DNA of 64,000 nucleotides from a virus. Its lineage: Duplodnaviria > Heunggongvirae > Uroviricota > Caudoviricetes > Straboviridae. This document shows, piece after piece, positions 34,348-44,556 of the stretch. How positions within the stretch are numbered: position 1 is the stretch's first letter; each line of letters starts with the position of its first letter. Below the pieces are notes generated by a model. The model saw only the letters and a list, made by a program, of their open reading frames with translations, made no database searches and had not been told where the DNA came from. The DNA lies in IMG/VR virus record IMGVR_UViG_2974656882_000001, positions 64,001-128,000 of that record. The stretch is one strand, 5' to 3'. Both the position numbers and the translations under genes were made by a program.

Positions 34348-34665
34348 ATGGCTAAAGTATCATCTTTTCGTCCAGAACAAGTTACACTAACATGCGACGA
34401 ACCAACAGTACGCAACTTATCTGAACGCTGGGTAGTCCAATTCATTGGCGCGCCTGGATTAGAGTTTGCTACAATGGGTGATAACGTTACATTGACAAAC
34501 GTCCACTATGTTTGCCCATATCGTAAATTTTCATGGGGTTGGGGAATTGATCCGTGGAAAACACGTTTACTTGTTAAGGATTTTGACTTTGAACGTGGCA
34601 TAGTCACTGTAGATGGTGTCACTAAAGAGTTAGAATTCTATGTTGATGAAAAGGAGTACAAATAA
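34348..34665 (+). CDS. Hypothetical protein, 105 aa
   Basis: First ORF after the early promoter. Confidence 0.7.
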   Translation: MAKVSSFRPEQVTLTCDEPTVRNLSERWVVQFIGAPGLEFATMGDNVTLTNVHYVCPYRKFSWGWGIDPWKTRLLVKDFDFERGIVTVDGVTKELEFYVDEKEYK

Positions 34666-34937
34666 TGATTACTATACCTACAACTGCAATGACTATTAAT
34701 ACAAATCACGGCATACTTAAACTTGAAGTACATAACTGGTGCCAAGAAATTACTTTGCGTAATAAAGCAGGAAAATGTTTAGCATTTTCTGATGGTACAA
34801 AGGAGTCAATGATTAAATTATTGGCATATTTTGATGAGGAAGATCATGATAAAATTTGTTCAGTCATCTTTAGTTTAGGTGACGACGAGCTATGTGGCAA
34901 AATTCTAACATTCTGGAGCAAACCTTATGAAATTTGA
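34665..34937 (+). CDS. Hypothetical protein, 90 aa
   Basis: AAGGAG SD; TAATG coupling. Confidence 0.7.
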   Translation: MITIPTTAMTINTNHGILKLEVHNWCQEITLRNKAGKCLAFSDGTKESMIKLLAYFDEEDHDKICSVIFSLGDDELCGKILTFWSKPYEI

Positions 34938-35196
34938 TATGCCTACCGATGACCAATTTGAAGAACTTGCTGATATGTTAGATGGCATGGAAGAAACTTG
35001 GGGCAATACTCTAGTGAAGTCGCTTGAGGCTATGGATCTCAATCCAGATTTAAAACATTCAGTTAATTTTACTGATTTGTTAGAAGACCATATCTTTCAT
35101 TGCGAAGAATGTGATTGTTGGAAACGTGTTGAGGTTCGTGTATATAATCCTATTGCAGAACGTAAAATGTGTGAAGACTGCGACGAAAATTACTAA
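34927..35196 (+). CDS. Acidic protein with C-terminal zinc finger, 89 aa
   Basis: GGAG SD; CEEC...CEDC. Confidence 0.7.
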   Translation: MKFDMPTDDQFEELADMLDGMEETWGNTLVKSLEAMDLNPDLKHSVNFTDLLEDHIFHCEECDCWKRVEVRVYNPIAERKMCEDCDENY

Positions 35197-35202
35197 ACCA
35201 CA

Positions 35203-35222
35203 ATGGGACCATTAGGTCCCAT
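35203..35222. terminator. Hairpin between convergent units
   Basis: ATGGGACC-ATTA-GGTCCCAT. Confidence 0.65.
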
Positions 35223-36003
35223 CTTGTTTAAAAAAGTTAGCACACATTTTACCGAGGTGTCCTTCTGGTATGCCTTTAGCCGTAGCGATCTTTCTTAAAG
35301 ATGCTACTTTAGGTTTATCATGGGCGTACCATATTTCTCGTATCTGGTCTTCATACTCCCAAATAGGGTACCTTTGTTTAAATGTCCGTTTCCAATTTTC
35401 ACTATGCGACTCAGACCTAAATGATTTCTTGACACCTTTATTGGCTTTGCCAGCATTAGAACAAGTCTTAAAGTCTCCTGCTTTAACCGGGACAAACCCT
35501 GATAATTTCATACTATTTGAACGCTTAAAATTACTTTCAGGTGTTTGCTTGGACCCGGTATTTTTAGCCCACGCTTTCTCTAGAGCTTTACGTTTAGCAT
35601 CAGTATACCCTACCAAGCTCATCGCTCGTTTGTGTATATTTTTGCGTTCAGGTGTCCAAATATAAGAGCCAAATGTATTTCCCTTCATTTGTTCCTTTCG
35701 TTGTTTTGAAAACTCACTTCGTATTGCTGCCAAGCCTCGTGACGATTTATATAAAGGGCGCCCCATATGCATTGCCATGGCGGCTCGTACTAATTTCCCG
35801 CCATGAATTTTAGCAAGCAAAAGATGCGCGATGATATGCTCTCTGGTGGTAAGATTAACTAAATTCGTAGTATCATTAGTGCCGCCAATGCATTTAGGCA
35901 TGATGTGATGCGTTTCTAATTCTCCAGGAGCAGCTTTAGATTTGACGCTAGCACGATTTAGCGCATTATTAATAAGTTCATCGTATATTCTTTTGTAATT
36001 CAT
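35212..36003 (-). mobile_element. Free-standing HNH homing endonuclease, MobE-like, 263 aa
   Basis: MNYKRIYDELI..ETHHIMPKCIGGTND..NLVNLTTREHIIAHLLL; ATGA overlap with uvsW. Confidence 0.88.
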
Positions 36004-37514
36004 GAGCGGTTATTCTCTAAAAAGTAAACGTCTTTCATAATATAGTCAAACTGCTCGATAGCATACCGTTCAACACGGTCTATACCGTGTCTCAACAAAT
36101 AATTAACATTTTTACGTTGTTTTGCTCCGTCTCGTTCGACAGTAATAGACATATCATCAATTAGATCCCAAATCTGTGCAACCTTTTTGCTAGAATGTTT
36201 TCGCAAAACACGCCCGATCGTCTGCAGGACTATAACCTTTGATTTTACTCCGTGTGCCAAAATTACATGATGCAGATTTCTAACGGAAATGCCTGTAGAG
36301 AATACTCCATAGGATGCGATGATTATTACACCTGTGTGTTCTTCGGCCATTTTCTTTAAATATGTCCGTTCATCTGAACTAACTTCACCTGAAACATAAT
36401 ACACATGTTCATGACCACTAGATTTTATGCTGTCATAGATCGCTTTACCATGCTCAATATTTTTGAACATAACAAAAACGTTCTCTTCTCTCTTTGCGAG
36501 ACGTAACGATAAATTTGAAATCCATTGAGTTCGTTTAGGCAAAGCTGTAATGAACTTTATTTCTGTTGCATAATCATGTTTAGCCATTGCATTTGAAACA
36601 GTTTCAGGGTATTTCAAGAACAATGCGTTAATTCTGAGTTGTGAAACTTGTCCATCATCCATCAGGTCTTTAGTTTTGACTGGGCTATAGATTTCACCAA
36701 ATAACCCAATATACTGCATTAGATTGGCTTTGCCGTCACGAAGTGAACCAGATAACCCGATTTTATATTCACAATAACATAGTTTATTAATGATTGCAGA
36801 GATCGATTTACCAATAGCTAAATGCATTTCATCGCATAACAACATGTCGAATTGGTTAAACCATTCTTTAGGTTTTTTGATAGCTGATTGCCATGTTGCA
36901 ATAACGACACGTTCATGTTTTTGTTTATGTCCAGAACGAACTTCTGCAATTTCTGATGCTTCAAATAATCGATAATCAACAAAATCATCTTTCATCTGAG
37001 TCACAAGAGAAGTTGTTGGCACTAAAATGAGAACAGATTTATCTGAACGTTGTAATACATACTTTGTTAACAACGCTTGAATTAGCGATTTACCTGCAGA
37101 TGTGGGCAAATTAAGAATTCTGCGTTTGTTGACCAAGGCTTCGTAGACTGCATCAAGTTGATACCAGTATGGAAAAATTTCTGTTGACCCTGAATAATAT
37201 TTCATTGAACTAATCCAATGGTCAAATTCTGATCTAAGCATATTATTTTTATGTGAAACGTCCGACTGTATCGAAATTGACAACATATTGTTTTGTGCAA
37301 ATTTGACAACTTGATTTATCAGCCCAAACGGCAATAGTCCATCAGTATCCATCAACTTCAATTTCCCATCCCACATGCCATAAACATATTTTGGAGAAAA
37401 TTGGTATCCATCTACAAAGAAAGAAAAATATTCTCGTAATTCTCTAAAAATTGATTGTTGGGCACTGATCTTGACGTGGCTATAATCGTAAAAACTTACA
37501 TTAATGTCACTCAT
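36000..37514 (-). CDS. uvsW: SF2 helicase UvsW
   Basis: LPTSAGKS, DEMH, SGSLRDG, QTIGRVLRK. Confidence 0.96.
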   Translation of the reverse strand: MSDINVSFYDYSHVKISAQQSIFRELREYFSFFVDGYQFSPKYVYGMWDGKLKLMDTDGLLPFGLINQVVKFAQNNMLSISIQSDVSHKNNMLRSEFDHWISSMKYYSGSTEIFPYWYQLDAVYEALVNKRRILNLPTSAGKSLIQALLTKYVLQRSDKSVLILVPTTSLVTQMKDDFVDYRLFEASEIAEVRSGHKQKHERVVIATWQSAIKKPKEWFNQFDMLLCDEMHLAIGKSISAIINKLCYCEYKIGLSGSLRDGKANLMQYIGLFGEIYSPVKTKDLMDDGQVSQLRINALFLKYPETVSNAMAKHDYATEIKFITALPKRTQWISNLSLRLAKREENVFVMFKNIEHGKAIYDSIKSSGHEHVYYVSGEVSSDERTYLKKMAEEHTGVIIIASYGVFSTGISVRNLHHVILAHGVKSKVIVLQTIGRVLRKHSSKKVAQIWDLIDDMSITVERDGAKQRKNVNYLLRHGIDRVERYAIEQFDYIMKDVYFLENNRS

Positions 37515-37542
37515 GATTCTTACCTAAGCAATTGTATAAAGT

Positions 37543-37565
37543 TATTTATACGAAAGTATAAATAA
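37543..37565. promoter_or_regulatory. Divergent late promoters for uvsW and inh
   Basis: TATTTATA 37543-50 and TATAAATA 37558-65. Confidence 0.8.
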
Positions 37566-37598
37566 AATAAATCATATTCCCATATTGGAGAAATTAAC

Positions 37599-38297
37599 AT
37601 GTTAGATCATGAATATATTAAAGAACTTCAAGAAATTTCACTTGAAGACAAACGCCTTGCAAAAGAAAAATTAGCAGAATATGCAGAAACGTTCGGCATT
37701 AAGATTAAGAAAACAAAGTCGTTTGATTCAATTGTTAATGACATTAAAGCTGGGCTAGCTGAATTGGCTGGTGAACCTTTGCCCGACCAAAATGAAGGAT
37801 TGACAATTAGTGATTTAATCACGGCAGCAGACTCAAATGACGGTAAAGTTGTTTTTGAGGAAGTAAAAGAGCAAGCTCAAAAATTATTAGTTGATAGTCC
37901 TGTAGTTGAAGATTTCAAAATTTTAGATATTCGAACTGAAACTGATGAACTTGGTGAAAAACTTGTTGCAGACGTAGTAATCAAACCGTTAGCACCTGTC
38001 CAAGAAATAAAGTTTACTACAGAAATTGTAGGTGAAGTTTATGAACCTGAGCCTTTTGCACTTCCTGAAGGCTTTAGTCCTGCATTTACTTTGATTGGAC
38101 CTGCGCCTGGCTATTACACGCTGTCATGGTGGATCTATGAATGGATTAGAGATACACCAAATTGGAAAACAGAAATTCACCGGTTTCAGCACGCTTCTGC
38201 CCATAACACATTATATACATTATTGTATTATATCGAGAAGAATGGATCTGTTTTGATTCGTGAAACACGTAATTCTAGTTTTATAACATTGGAATAA
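37599..38297 (+). CDS. inh: Inhibitor of prohead protease
   Basis: KEKLAEYAETFGIKIKKTKSFD; C-terminal LIRETRNSSF. Confidence 0.9.
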   Translation: MLDHEYIKELQEISLEDKRLAKEKLAEYAETFGIKIKKTKSFDSIVNDIKAGLAELAGEPLPDQNEGLTISDLITAADSNDGKVVFEEVKEQAQKLLVDSPVVEDFKILDIRTETDELGEKLVADVVIKPLAPVQEIKFTTEIVGEVYEPEPFALPEGFSPAFTLIGPAPGYYTLSWWIYEWIRDTPNWKTEIHRFQHASAHNTLYTLLYYIEKNGSVLIRETRNSSFITLE

Positions 38298-38300
38298 AAT

Positions 38301-39386
38301 ATGGCAACAACCTTACAAATTGCACCAGTTAATCCTTCTGTAGAAAAAGGTAAAACTCAAAAGTTTACAGCAACTGTTAGTGGAGCCCCGGAAGGTTCCA
38401 CTATTGAGTATAAATGGGAAGTTGATGGTGTTGCTCAAGCGTCGACTACAAATACTTTAGATTATGTAACTACCAAAGTTGGAACAAATGTAATTAAAGT
38501 TACATCGACTACTAAAGTCCAAGATGTTGAAGATGATGTTCAAACAGCAACAACTAATTTGACTGTTAACAAAATTACTCAGACTACAACTGGTTCTATT
38601 GCTACATCGAAACCTACTATTAATTTTGGTGAATCTTATACAGCAACAGCAACTGTTGCAGGTCAACCAACTGGCGCAACAATTACATATCTTTGGTCTG
38701 ATGGTTCTACTACAGCAACTACAACTAAGACTCCAACTGCACCAGGAACAATAAAACTTACATGTAAGATTACGGTCAAAGCAACTGATTATACAGATAA
38801 GATTATTGATTCAAATGAGTTGACAATTACGGTTAATAAAACTGCAATGTCTGGTGTCAATTTTAACGTGTTGGCGGATAGTTCTGATGTTAAAGTTGGT
38901 GATGTTTATTCTGTTGATGCTATTGCCTCAGGCGGTCCAGCTGGTGTTACTTATGCTTATGCTTGGAATACTGGAGAGACAACAGCAAAAATTGATGTAA
39001 CAGCTTCAAGCGTTGGTACAGTTAACCATGAATGTACATTAACTGCAACCCATGCAAATTATTTGCCGTTCACTGTTAAGAAAAGTACATCGGTTAATGT
39101 TTTAGAAAAAGAAATCGTTATACCTGAAGATAAACGTCAATATGTTCATCCTCTTCCACATCGTAATTCTGCATATATTTGGGCTGGTTGGTGGGTAATG
39201 GATGAAATTGAAAGGATTACAAAGGCCGGCGGCAATTGGAAACAACCTCCAGAAGATAATCTATACTACTATCATTTATTGACTTTAGCTAAAATGATCA
39301 AAGATTTCCCGGAAGTGGATGTCCAAGAATCTAGACATGGGCGTATTGTTCATCGTTCTGCATTAGATGCCGGAATCATATATTAA
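38301..39386 (+). CDS. hoc: Head outer capsid protein Hoc with Ig-like domains
   Basis: Thr-rich Ig repeats; C-domain HPLPHRNSAYIWAGWWV..DVQESRHG. Confidence 0.92.
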   Translation: MATTLQIAPVNPSVEKGKTQKFTATVSGAPEGSTIEYKWEVDGVAQASTTNTLDYVTTKVGTNVIKVTSTTKVQDVEDDVQTATTNLTVNKITQTTTGSIATSKPTINFGESYTATATVAGQPTGATITYLWSDGSTTATTTKTPTAPGTIKLTCKITVKATDYTDKIIDSNELTITVNKTAMSGVNFNVLADSSDVKVGDVYSVDAIASGGPAGVTYAYAWNTGETTAKIDVTASSVGTVNHECTLTATHANYLPFTVKKSTSVNVLEKEIVIPEDKRQYVHPLPHRNSAYIWAGWWVMDEIERITKAGGNWKQPPEDNLYYYHLLTLAKMIKDFPEVDVQESRHGRIVHRSALDAGIIY

Positions 39387-39389
39387 AAC

Positions 39390-39416
39390 AAAAAGGGAGC
39401 CATTTGGCTCCCTTTT
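39390..39416. terminator. Bidirectional terminator, hoc versus 24
   Basis: A5-GGGAGCCA-T-TGGCTCCC-T4. Confidence 0.85.
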
Positions 39417-39444
39417 GTATGTGTAATTTTATATTCAGTAAATG

Positions 39445-40716
39445 TTATTTTAATTTTGGCAATTTGACACCGAGAATGATCGACATATCACTTTGACCTG
39501 CGAAGTTATCTAAATTTGTAGAATCAACAACTTTTGCCTGTGCATCAGTGAGACCAACTGTATAAGGATTCACTGACAATGCGTAGCGAATAAGTAACAT
39601 GATTTTTGGCTGCAAACTATTCGGATCATTAATGACCTTGTATGCACCGACATGGTCAGTTGGATCAGAACCTTCAGCGCGTCCTTCAACATATGGAGCG
39701 TAAAATAATGACCCAACATTTTCTTGTTCGCCAAATGATGATTTTACACCAACAATAATGTAATCTACTGGGCTGTTGTTATCTGAATATAGTGCAAGAC
39801 CATTTTTAAGGACACCCATCGATGCATCAGGTGCTTCATCTGTATTTGCTTTAACCCATCCAGACGAACACAATAGAGCTGCAACACGAGCAGAAGCAAG
39901 TACAAATGTAGCGCTATACGCAGTAGTTTTTTGAATATTTGCATTCATTTCACATACATAGCGGTATAAATTACGAGCTTGATCAACTGAACTTCCTAAT
40001 GCAGATAAATCTAAGATAGCTTTTTCTGCACCATCAATTTTGAATCTACGTGAAACTGTAATCAATGACTGCATGATGTCTTTGTTAATTTCTTCTGCCA
40101 TTTGTGTAGCCAATAGATCTTCTAACAATTCAGCAGTATCAAAACCTGCGGCTTCTAAATCTTGTGCAAGCTCAACTGTCAATTCAGTTTTTAACTTACG
40201 AGACTTGACATCAGCCTGCCAACGATTGATCTCAAACCGAGAATCAGAAATTGATGAATCTTCTGCTTCAAATTTTGATGTTTCTGCTGCTTCAGATGCG
40301 AGTCTAATTGTCGATAGAATGACTGCTTCTGCAATAATGTCATCTAATTCTGTTTCAGTAATGCCTGCAAATGGATCGTCAACTAGTACTTTGTATACAA
40401 TATTATTGTGCTTAAATTCGGTGCCTTTTAATGGAGTCATACCAACGGTTGCTTCTACCATAGATGCACGTTCTTTTTCTCCGTAAGCACCGCCATAGGT
40501 TGCGCCAGTAACGAATGTTAATTCTTTATTTGGATTAAGGTATTTTACACCAAATAGAGCGGCGATAGGCTTATCAGTGTATTGAGTTGCAACTAAGTCA
40601 TGATAGACTAAATTTGTTGTAGCTCGTGTTAGTCCTAATAATGCTGGCTTGTCAATTAAGCTATCAACAGATTGAACAGATTCAATCATAAGCTTATCAA
40701 TATGTTTTTGATTCAT
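39445..40716 (-). CDS. 24: Capsid vertex protein gp24
   Basis: LLGLTRATT..DLVATQ; SRKLKTELTVELAQDLEA. Confidence 0.93.
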   Translation of the reverse strand: MNQKHIDKLMIESVQSVDSLIDKPALLGLTRATTNLVYHDLVATQYTDKPIAALFGVKYLNPNKELTFVTGATYGGAYGEKERASMVEATVGMTPLKGTEFKHNNIVYKVLVDDPFAGITETELDDIIAEAVILSTIRLASEAAETSKFEAEDSSISDSRFEINRWQADVKSRKLKTELTVELAQDLEAAGFDTAELLEDLLATQMAEEINKDIMQSLITVSRRFKIDGAEKAILDLSALGSSVDQARNLYRYVCEMNANIQKTTAYSATFVLASARVAALLCSSGWVKANTDEAPDASMGVLKNGLALYSDNNSPVDYIIVGVKSSFGEQENVGSLFYAPYVEGRAEGSDPTDHVGAYKVINDPNSLQPKIMLLIRYALSVNPYTVGLTDAQAKVVDSTNLDNFAGQSDMSIILGVKLPKLK

Positions 40717-40757
40717 GGCTATTCTCTTTGTTATATTGAGTATTTATTTCGGTGAAT

Positions 40758-40779
40758 AAAAAAGGGACCGAAGTCCCTT
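40758..40779 (-). terminator. UUCG terminator after gene 23
   Basis: AAGGGAC-TTCG-GTCCCTTTTT on the - strand. Confidence 0.85.
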
Positions 40780-40804
40780 AATATTTTCCAAGAATGGAAA
40801 GGGA

Positions 40805-42385
40805 TTAAATCCCTTTCACATATACCTTTCTAAAGTAGCCATTTTTACCAGCTGAATTTTCGATAGTTGGCATACCATTGCTGATACGACGATTACCTGC
40901 AGGAGCTTGAGCTACTGTGTCTGCAAATGGGTTGATACCAACTGCATAACGAGTTTTGAAGCCCATCACTGGTTGGAAGTTTTTCGGGTCAGAACCACGT
41001 AATGGAGTCAATGGAACATATGGGCTGTAGTAAATACCAGCATCTAATTCGCTTGAACCTTTAAAACCAACTGTGAAGTAGTCTTGACGTGCATATTGGT
41101 CAATATATACGCGGTAACGACCACCAAGTACACCAGCAAATGTTGCTTTAGTAGTGTCATAGTTCATGCCAGAAGCAAGACCTTGAGCGGCAGGGCTAAC
41201 ACGTTCATCAACTTGAGCAAGAGCCATTACAACGTTACGAGAAGCAATAATGAAGTTACCAATACCACGGCCAGTTTGACGAGCAATTTCTGAAGCTTCT
41301 TTGTCAATTTGGATTAACAATGCTTTGTAAGCTTCACCAGCCCAACGTGCACCTTTAACATCAATCGGATCTTGGAAGTCAAATACACCTGCTTTAGAGC
41401 CATTTGTTTGAGTAAAGCCAGTTTTACCAATTTGTGCTGAGAAATTGATCCAATCAACAATTTCACGGTTGATTTCAAGCATAATTTCTGTAGCAAGGAT
41501 ACCTGCTAATTCAGCGTCAGCGTCCATACCGTGAACAGCTTTCAAATCTTGTGCAAGTTCAATTGAGTATTGAGCTTTTAATTGACGAGATTTAACTTCA
41601 ACTGATTGTTTGTCGATACGGAAGCCCATTTCATTCCAAGGGTTATTTTGTGACCCATTGAAACCTTCTTGAAGTTCAGCAACCGAAGTAGCCATACCTT
41701 CACCAATTTCGGCAACTGTACCTGCTTCCATTAGTTTTTTAACTTCGATGTCTAACAATTCAGGAGTCGTTGCAGCTGCATCAACTGTTACTGCTTTAAC
41801 TGCTTGAATGTATACACGGCCGGTATCAGCAAAGTCATGACGACGAATGTCACCGATTGCAAGTACATCACCTGCTGCAGCAACTGGGAATGCTTCAGCA
41901 GCGCCTTGACCTGAATGCATTGTATCCGGAGATAGCATTGGGTGGAAAGCTTCTTTAGCACCAGCAGCTAATGGATCTTTACCATATACTGAGCGTAACG
42001 AGAAGATTTGGCCTGTAGGACCGTTTAAAGGCTGTACACCACAAATATCAAATGCGATTAAGTTAGGAATTGCACGACGTACCATACCCATTACAGCAGG
42101 CCCAATTTGAGTTACAGCACCTGATGTTTGACCAGCAGCGATATTTGTTGCATCGTAACCATGGTCACCACCAATTTCTGCTTCAGTCAAGAACCCAGAG
42201 AATGCTTTAACGATTTCAGGATCACGATATTCTGTGCCAGTAAGGAAATCTTGCTCTTGGTTTTCAAAGATCTTTGCCATTACTACGTGGCGGCTTTCGT
42301 CAATTACCGGAAGGCCTTCAGCTGTGAGGAAATCTCCCCAAGTTTCTAGTAATTGTTCTTTAGTTTTTTGTTTGAATTGAGACAT
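40805..42385 (-). CDS. 23: Major capsid protein gp23
   Basis: FLTE|AEIGGDHGYD cleavage site; MVRRAIPNLIAFDICGVQP; GAGIYY/PYVPL region. Confidence 0.98.
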   Translation of the reverse strand: MSQFKQKTKEQLLETWGDFLTAEGLPVIDESRHVVMAKIFENQEQDFLTGTEYRDPEIVKAFSGFLTEAEIGGDHGYDATNIAAGQTSGAVTQIGPAVMGMVRRAIPNLIAFDICGVQPLNGPTGQIFSLRSVYGKDPLAAGAKEAFHPMLSPDTMHSGQGAAEAFPVAAAGDVLAIGDIRRHDFADTGRVYIQAVKAVTVDAAATTPELLDIEVKKLMEAGTVAEIGEGMATSVAELQEGFNGSQNNPWNEMGFRIDKQSVEVKSRQLKAQYSIELAQDLKAVHGMDADAELAGILATEIMLEINREIVDWINFSAQIGKTGFTQTNGSKAGVFDFQDPIDVKGARWAGEAYKALLIQIDKEASEIARQTGRGIGNFIIASRNVVMALAQVDERVSPAAQGLASGMNYDTTKATFAGVLGGRYRVYIDQYARQDYFTVGFKGSSELDAGIYYSPYVPLTPLRGSDPKNFQPVMGFKTRYAVGINPFADTVAQAPAGNRRISNGMPTIENSAGKNGYFRKVYVKGI

Positions 42386-42411
42386 GTTTTATTACCTTTG
42401 TGGAAATTTTA

Positions 42412-43239
42412 TTAGAAGCGTTTTGCAGCTGCTACATAAGAGTTGATTTTTGCATTTGGTGCAGGTTCTTCGGCTGTGTGTTCTTCAGCAATGTAATTCA
42501 AACCAGATGCATCATTGTTAGTATTATTTATTTCGGGTTCTGAACGTCCTTCAACGCTTTCAACAATCGGAGCAGGAGTCTTAGTAGCAGTAGCCATTTC
42601 AACAATAGCGGCTAATTTACTTTCGAATGTATCGCCATATTCAAGACCTTCGATTAGGCTATGAACTTTTTCTTTTTGGCTTTCAGTCAATTCGCTAGTA
42701 GCTTCATTTACTGCAACTTCACGTTTTAATGATTTTAATTCATCTTGTGTTTCGGTCAAAGCAGTAAACAACTTAGAATTTTCTTCTTTGTGTTCTTGAA
42801 GTTCTTCTTCCATTTCAGTAACAACGTCAACAGATTCTTCAGGAAGTACAACGTTATGTTCTACAACTAGTGATTTAAGGCCTTCGAACATTGATTCGAA
42901 TAGGTCGGCTTTAATACCACGACTAACTTCAAGTTTGTTTTCAGCTAACCATTCTTTTGCTGTATGTTCAAACAATTTGTCAGCGGCTTCAACTAGTTTT
43001 GTTTCAACTGCTTTAACTTGTGCTTCAACTTCTTCGTTAACACGTTCATCAGCCTTTTCAGCAATGGCTAAGATGTGAGATTCAGCTAGCGCAGAAGCAT
43101 TCTTTTTAACGGCTGTTTCGAATACAGTTTTAAAATTCTGTTGCATTTCTTCAGAAAGTTCTACTGATTCAAAAATACCGTCTAATTCTACAGAAACTTC
43201 AATTTCTTGAGCTTCCTTGAGTAATTGATCTTTCAGCAT
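42412..43239 (-). CDS. 22: Prohead core scaffold gp22
   Basis: MLKDQLLKEAQ; acidic coiled coil. Confidence 0.92.
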   Translation of the reverse strand: MLKDQLLKEAQEIEVSVELDGIFESVELSEEMQQNFKTVFETAVKKNASALAESHILAIAEKADERVNEEVEAQVKAVETKLVEAADKLFEHTAKEWLAENKLEVSRGIKADLFESMFEGLKSLVVEHNVVLPEESVDVVTEMEEELQEHKEENSKLFTALTETQDELKSLKREVAVNEATSELTESQKEKVHSLIEGLEYGDTFESKLAAIVEMATATKTPAPIVESVEGRSEPEINNTNNDASGLNYIAEEHTAEEPAPNAKINSYVAAAKRF

Positions 43240-43268
43240 TTTGATTTCCTGTTTTAATATAATTTTAT

Positions 43269-43916
43269 TTATAACGCACTCAAGTTACTAATTAATTTCT
43301 TGAATGCTGAATCAGCGTTCTGATTTGTTGCTACAGTTGCATCCTCATTTACGCTTTCAGTAATTTCCATCGGTTTTACCCATGCATCTGGCGCACTAGG
43401 GCCCCAAACAACATCAACACCTACTGTTAGACGGAATCCTTCTTGGACGATATTATATCCACGTCCAGAATCTTTGACATTACCAAGTCCTCGACTTGAT
43501 ACTCCAGGCTTCCAACCTGATCTGATGAGTGCTGCCAATTTATCTCCGGCTCCATTGTCGCCTTCAATAATTCTAGCGCGTCCCATCACATTTTTGCCTT
43601 TCCACCACATATCTTCGATAATAATAGCGGCCTGCATTGGGTCGACATTTGCTCTTGGCGGATGATTTAATTCGCCTAATGCCTGGTTTGTATTGACCTG
43701 TTCTTTAATATACTTATCGACGGCCTTTTCAAGAACAGCCTTAGGATAGTATCTTCTATTTCTGTTGACAACATCTGCCTGAAGAAATATACCTTCAATA
43801 TACAAACCTGGCGGCAATCCTTTGCCTAAAGACTCGTCCAGCTGATTAGTTAAAACATCTGTAACTTCTGCTGCCTGGCCCCAATGCTCAATTAACAATT
43901 GAGGTTCATTAGTCAT
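43269..43916 (-). CDS. 21: Prohead protease gp21
   Basis: [35 protein letters not shown]. Confidence 0.96.
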   Translation of the reverse strand: MTNEPQLLIEHWGQAAEVTDVLTNQLDESLGKGLPPGLYIEGIFLQADVVNRNRRYYPKAVLEKAVDKYIKEQVNTNQALGELNHPPRANVDPMQAAIIIEDMWWKGKNVMGRARIIEGDNGAGDKLAALIRSGWKPGVSSRGLGNVKDSGRGYNIVQEGFRLTVGVDVVWGPSAPDAWVKPMEITESVNEDATVATNQNADSAFKKLISNLSAL

Positions 43917-44341
43917 GGTTTAAGTCCATACATACTCTTGCGTTTAGCACGAGCTTTTTTAATTTTCTTTTGAGCTCGAATCTGACCGGAAGGATTCGCT
44001 TTTTTTGTTTTTACTGCCTTGCGAGCAATACGACGGCGTTCAGATTTTGATAGCCCAGTAGTTTGATACGCATTACGTTCACGTGTTTTGCGATCTTTAG
44101 TTTTTGTGAGTTCGCCTTTTGCACTTACATGTTTTACCATGAATTCATTTAAAGGTACATCTTCTACAAGAGAGCCAATTGCAACTGCAAGTTCCGGCTC
44201 TGTTTTACCTAAATTTTCAACAATTTTAACAATTTCGTCTTTCTCAAAAAGTTTTGAGAACTGTTCATATTGTTTTGTTGCTTCAGGAAGGAGATTTGAA
44301 ACATCATCAAAAACTAATTCGTTTTCAACAATAATCAACAT
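43913..44341 (-). CDS. 68: Prohead core protein gp68
   Basis: [23 protein letters not shown]. Confidence 0.93.
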   Translation of the reverse strand: MLIIVENELVFDDVSNLLPEATKQYEQFSKLFEKDEIVKIVENLGKTEPELAVAIGSLVEDVPLNEFMVKHVSAKGELTKTKDRKTRERNAYQTTGLSKSERRRIARKAVKTKKANPSGQIRAQKKIKKARAKRKSMYGLKP

Positions 44342-44556
44342 TAGTCGTCCTCATCTGGCTCAGGATTGTCATCGCCTTCATCTTCATCGTCTTCATCATC
44401 AAGGGCAGCTTCTTCGCCTTCAATCATGACAGATTTAGCAATTTGTAGTTTTTCTTCTTGTAAGACTTTTCCAACTTTTGTTGCCATAGCTTCATTAAAG
44501 CAACGCTTAAATTTTACTAGGTCGTTGGAAGCAATGGCTTGAATAATATCGTCCAT
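44341..44556 (-). CDS. 67: Prohead core protein gp67
   Basis: AIASNDLV..F; acidic tail; between 20 and 68. Confidence 0.88.
   Translation of the reverse strand: MDDIIQAIASNDLVKFKRCFNEAMATKVGKVLQEEKLQIAKSVMIEGEEAALDDEDDEDEGDDNPEPDEDD

Noticed and set aside
38301-39120. Thr-rich repeats in hoc as a novel repeat or DGR target
   Set aside because: Explained by the usual Ig-like domains; no template repeat or reverse transcriptase seen.
23946-39416. GGAGCCA..TGGCTCC palindromes at 23952 and 39395 as a repeat family
   Set aside because: Both are ordinary bidirectional terminators between convergent genes.
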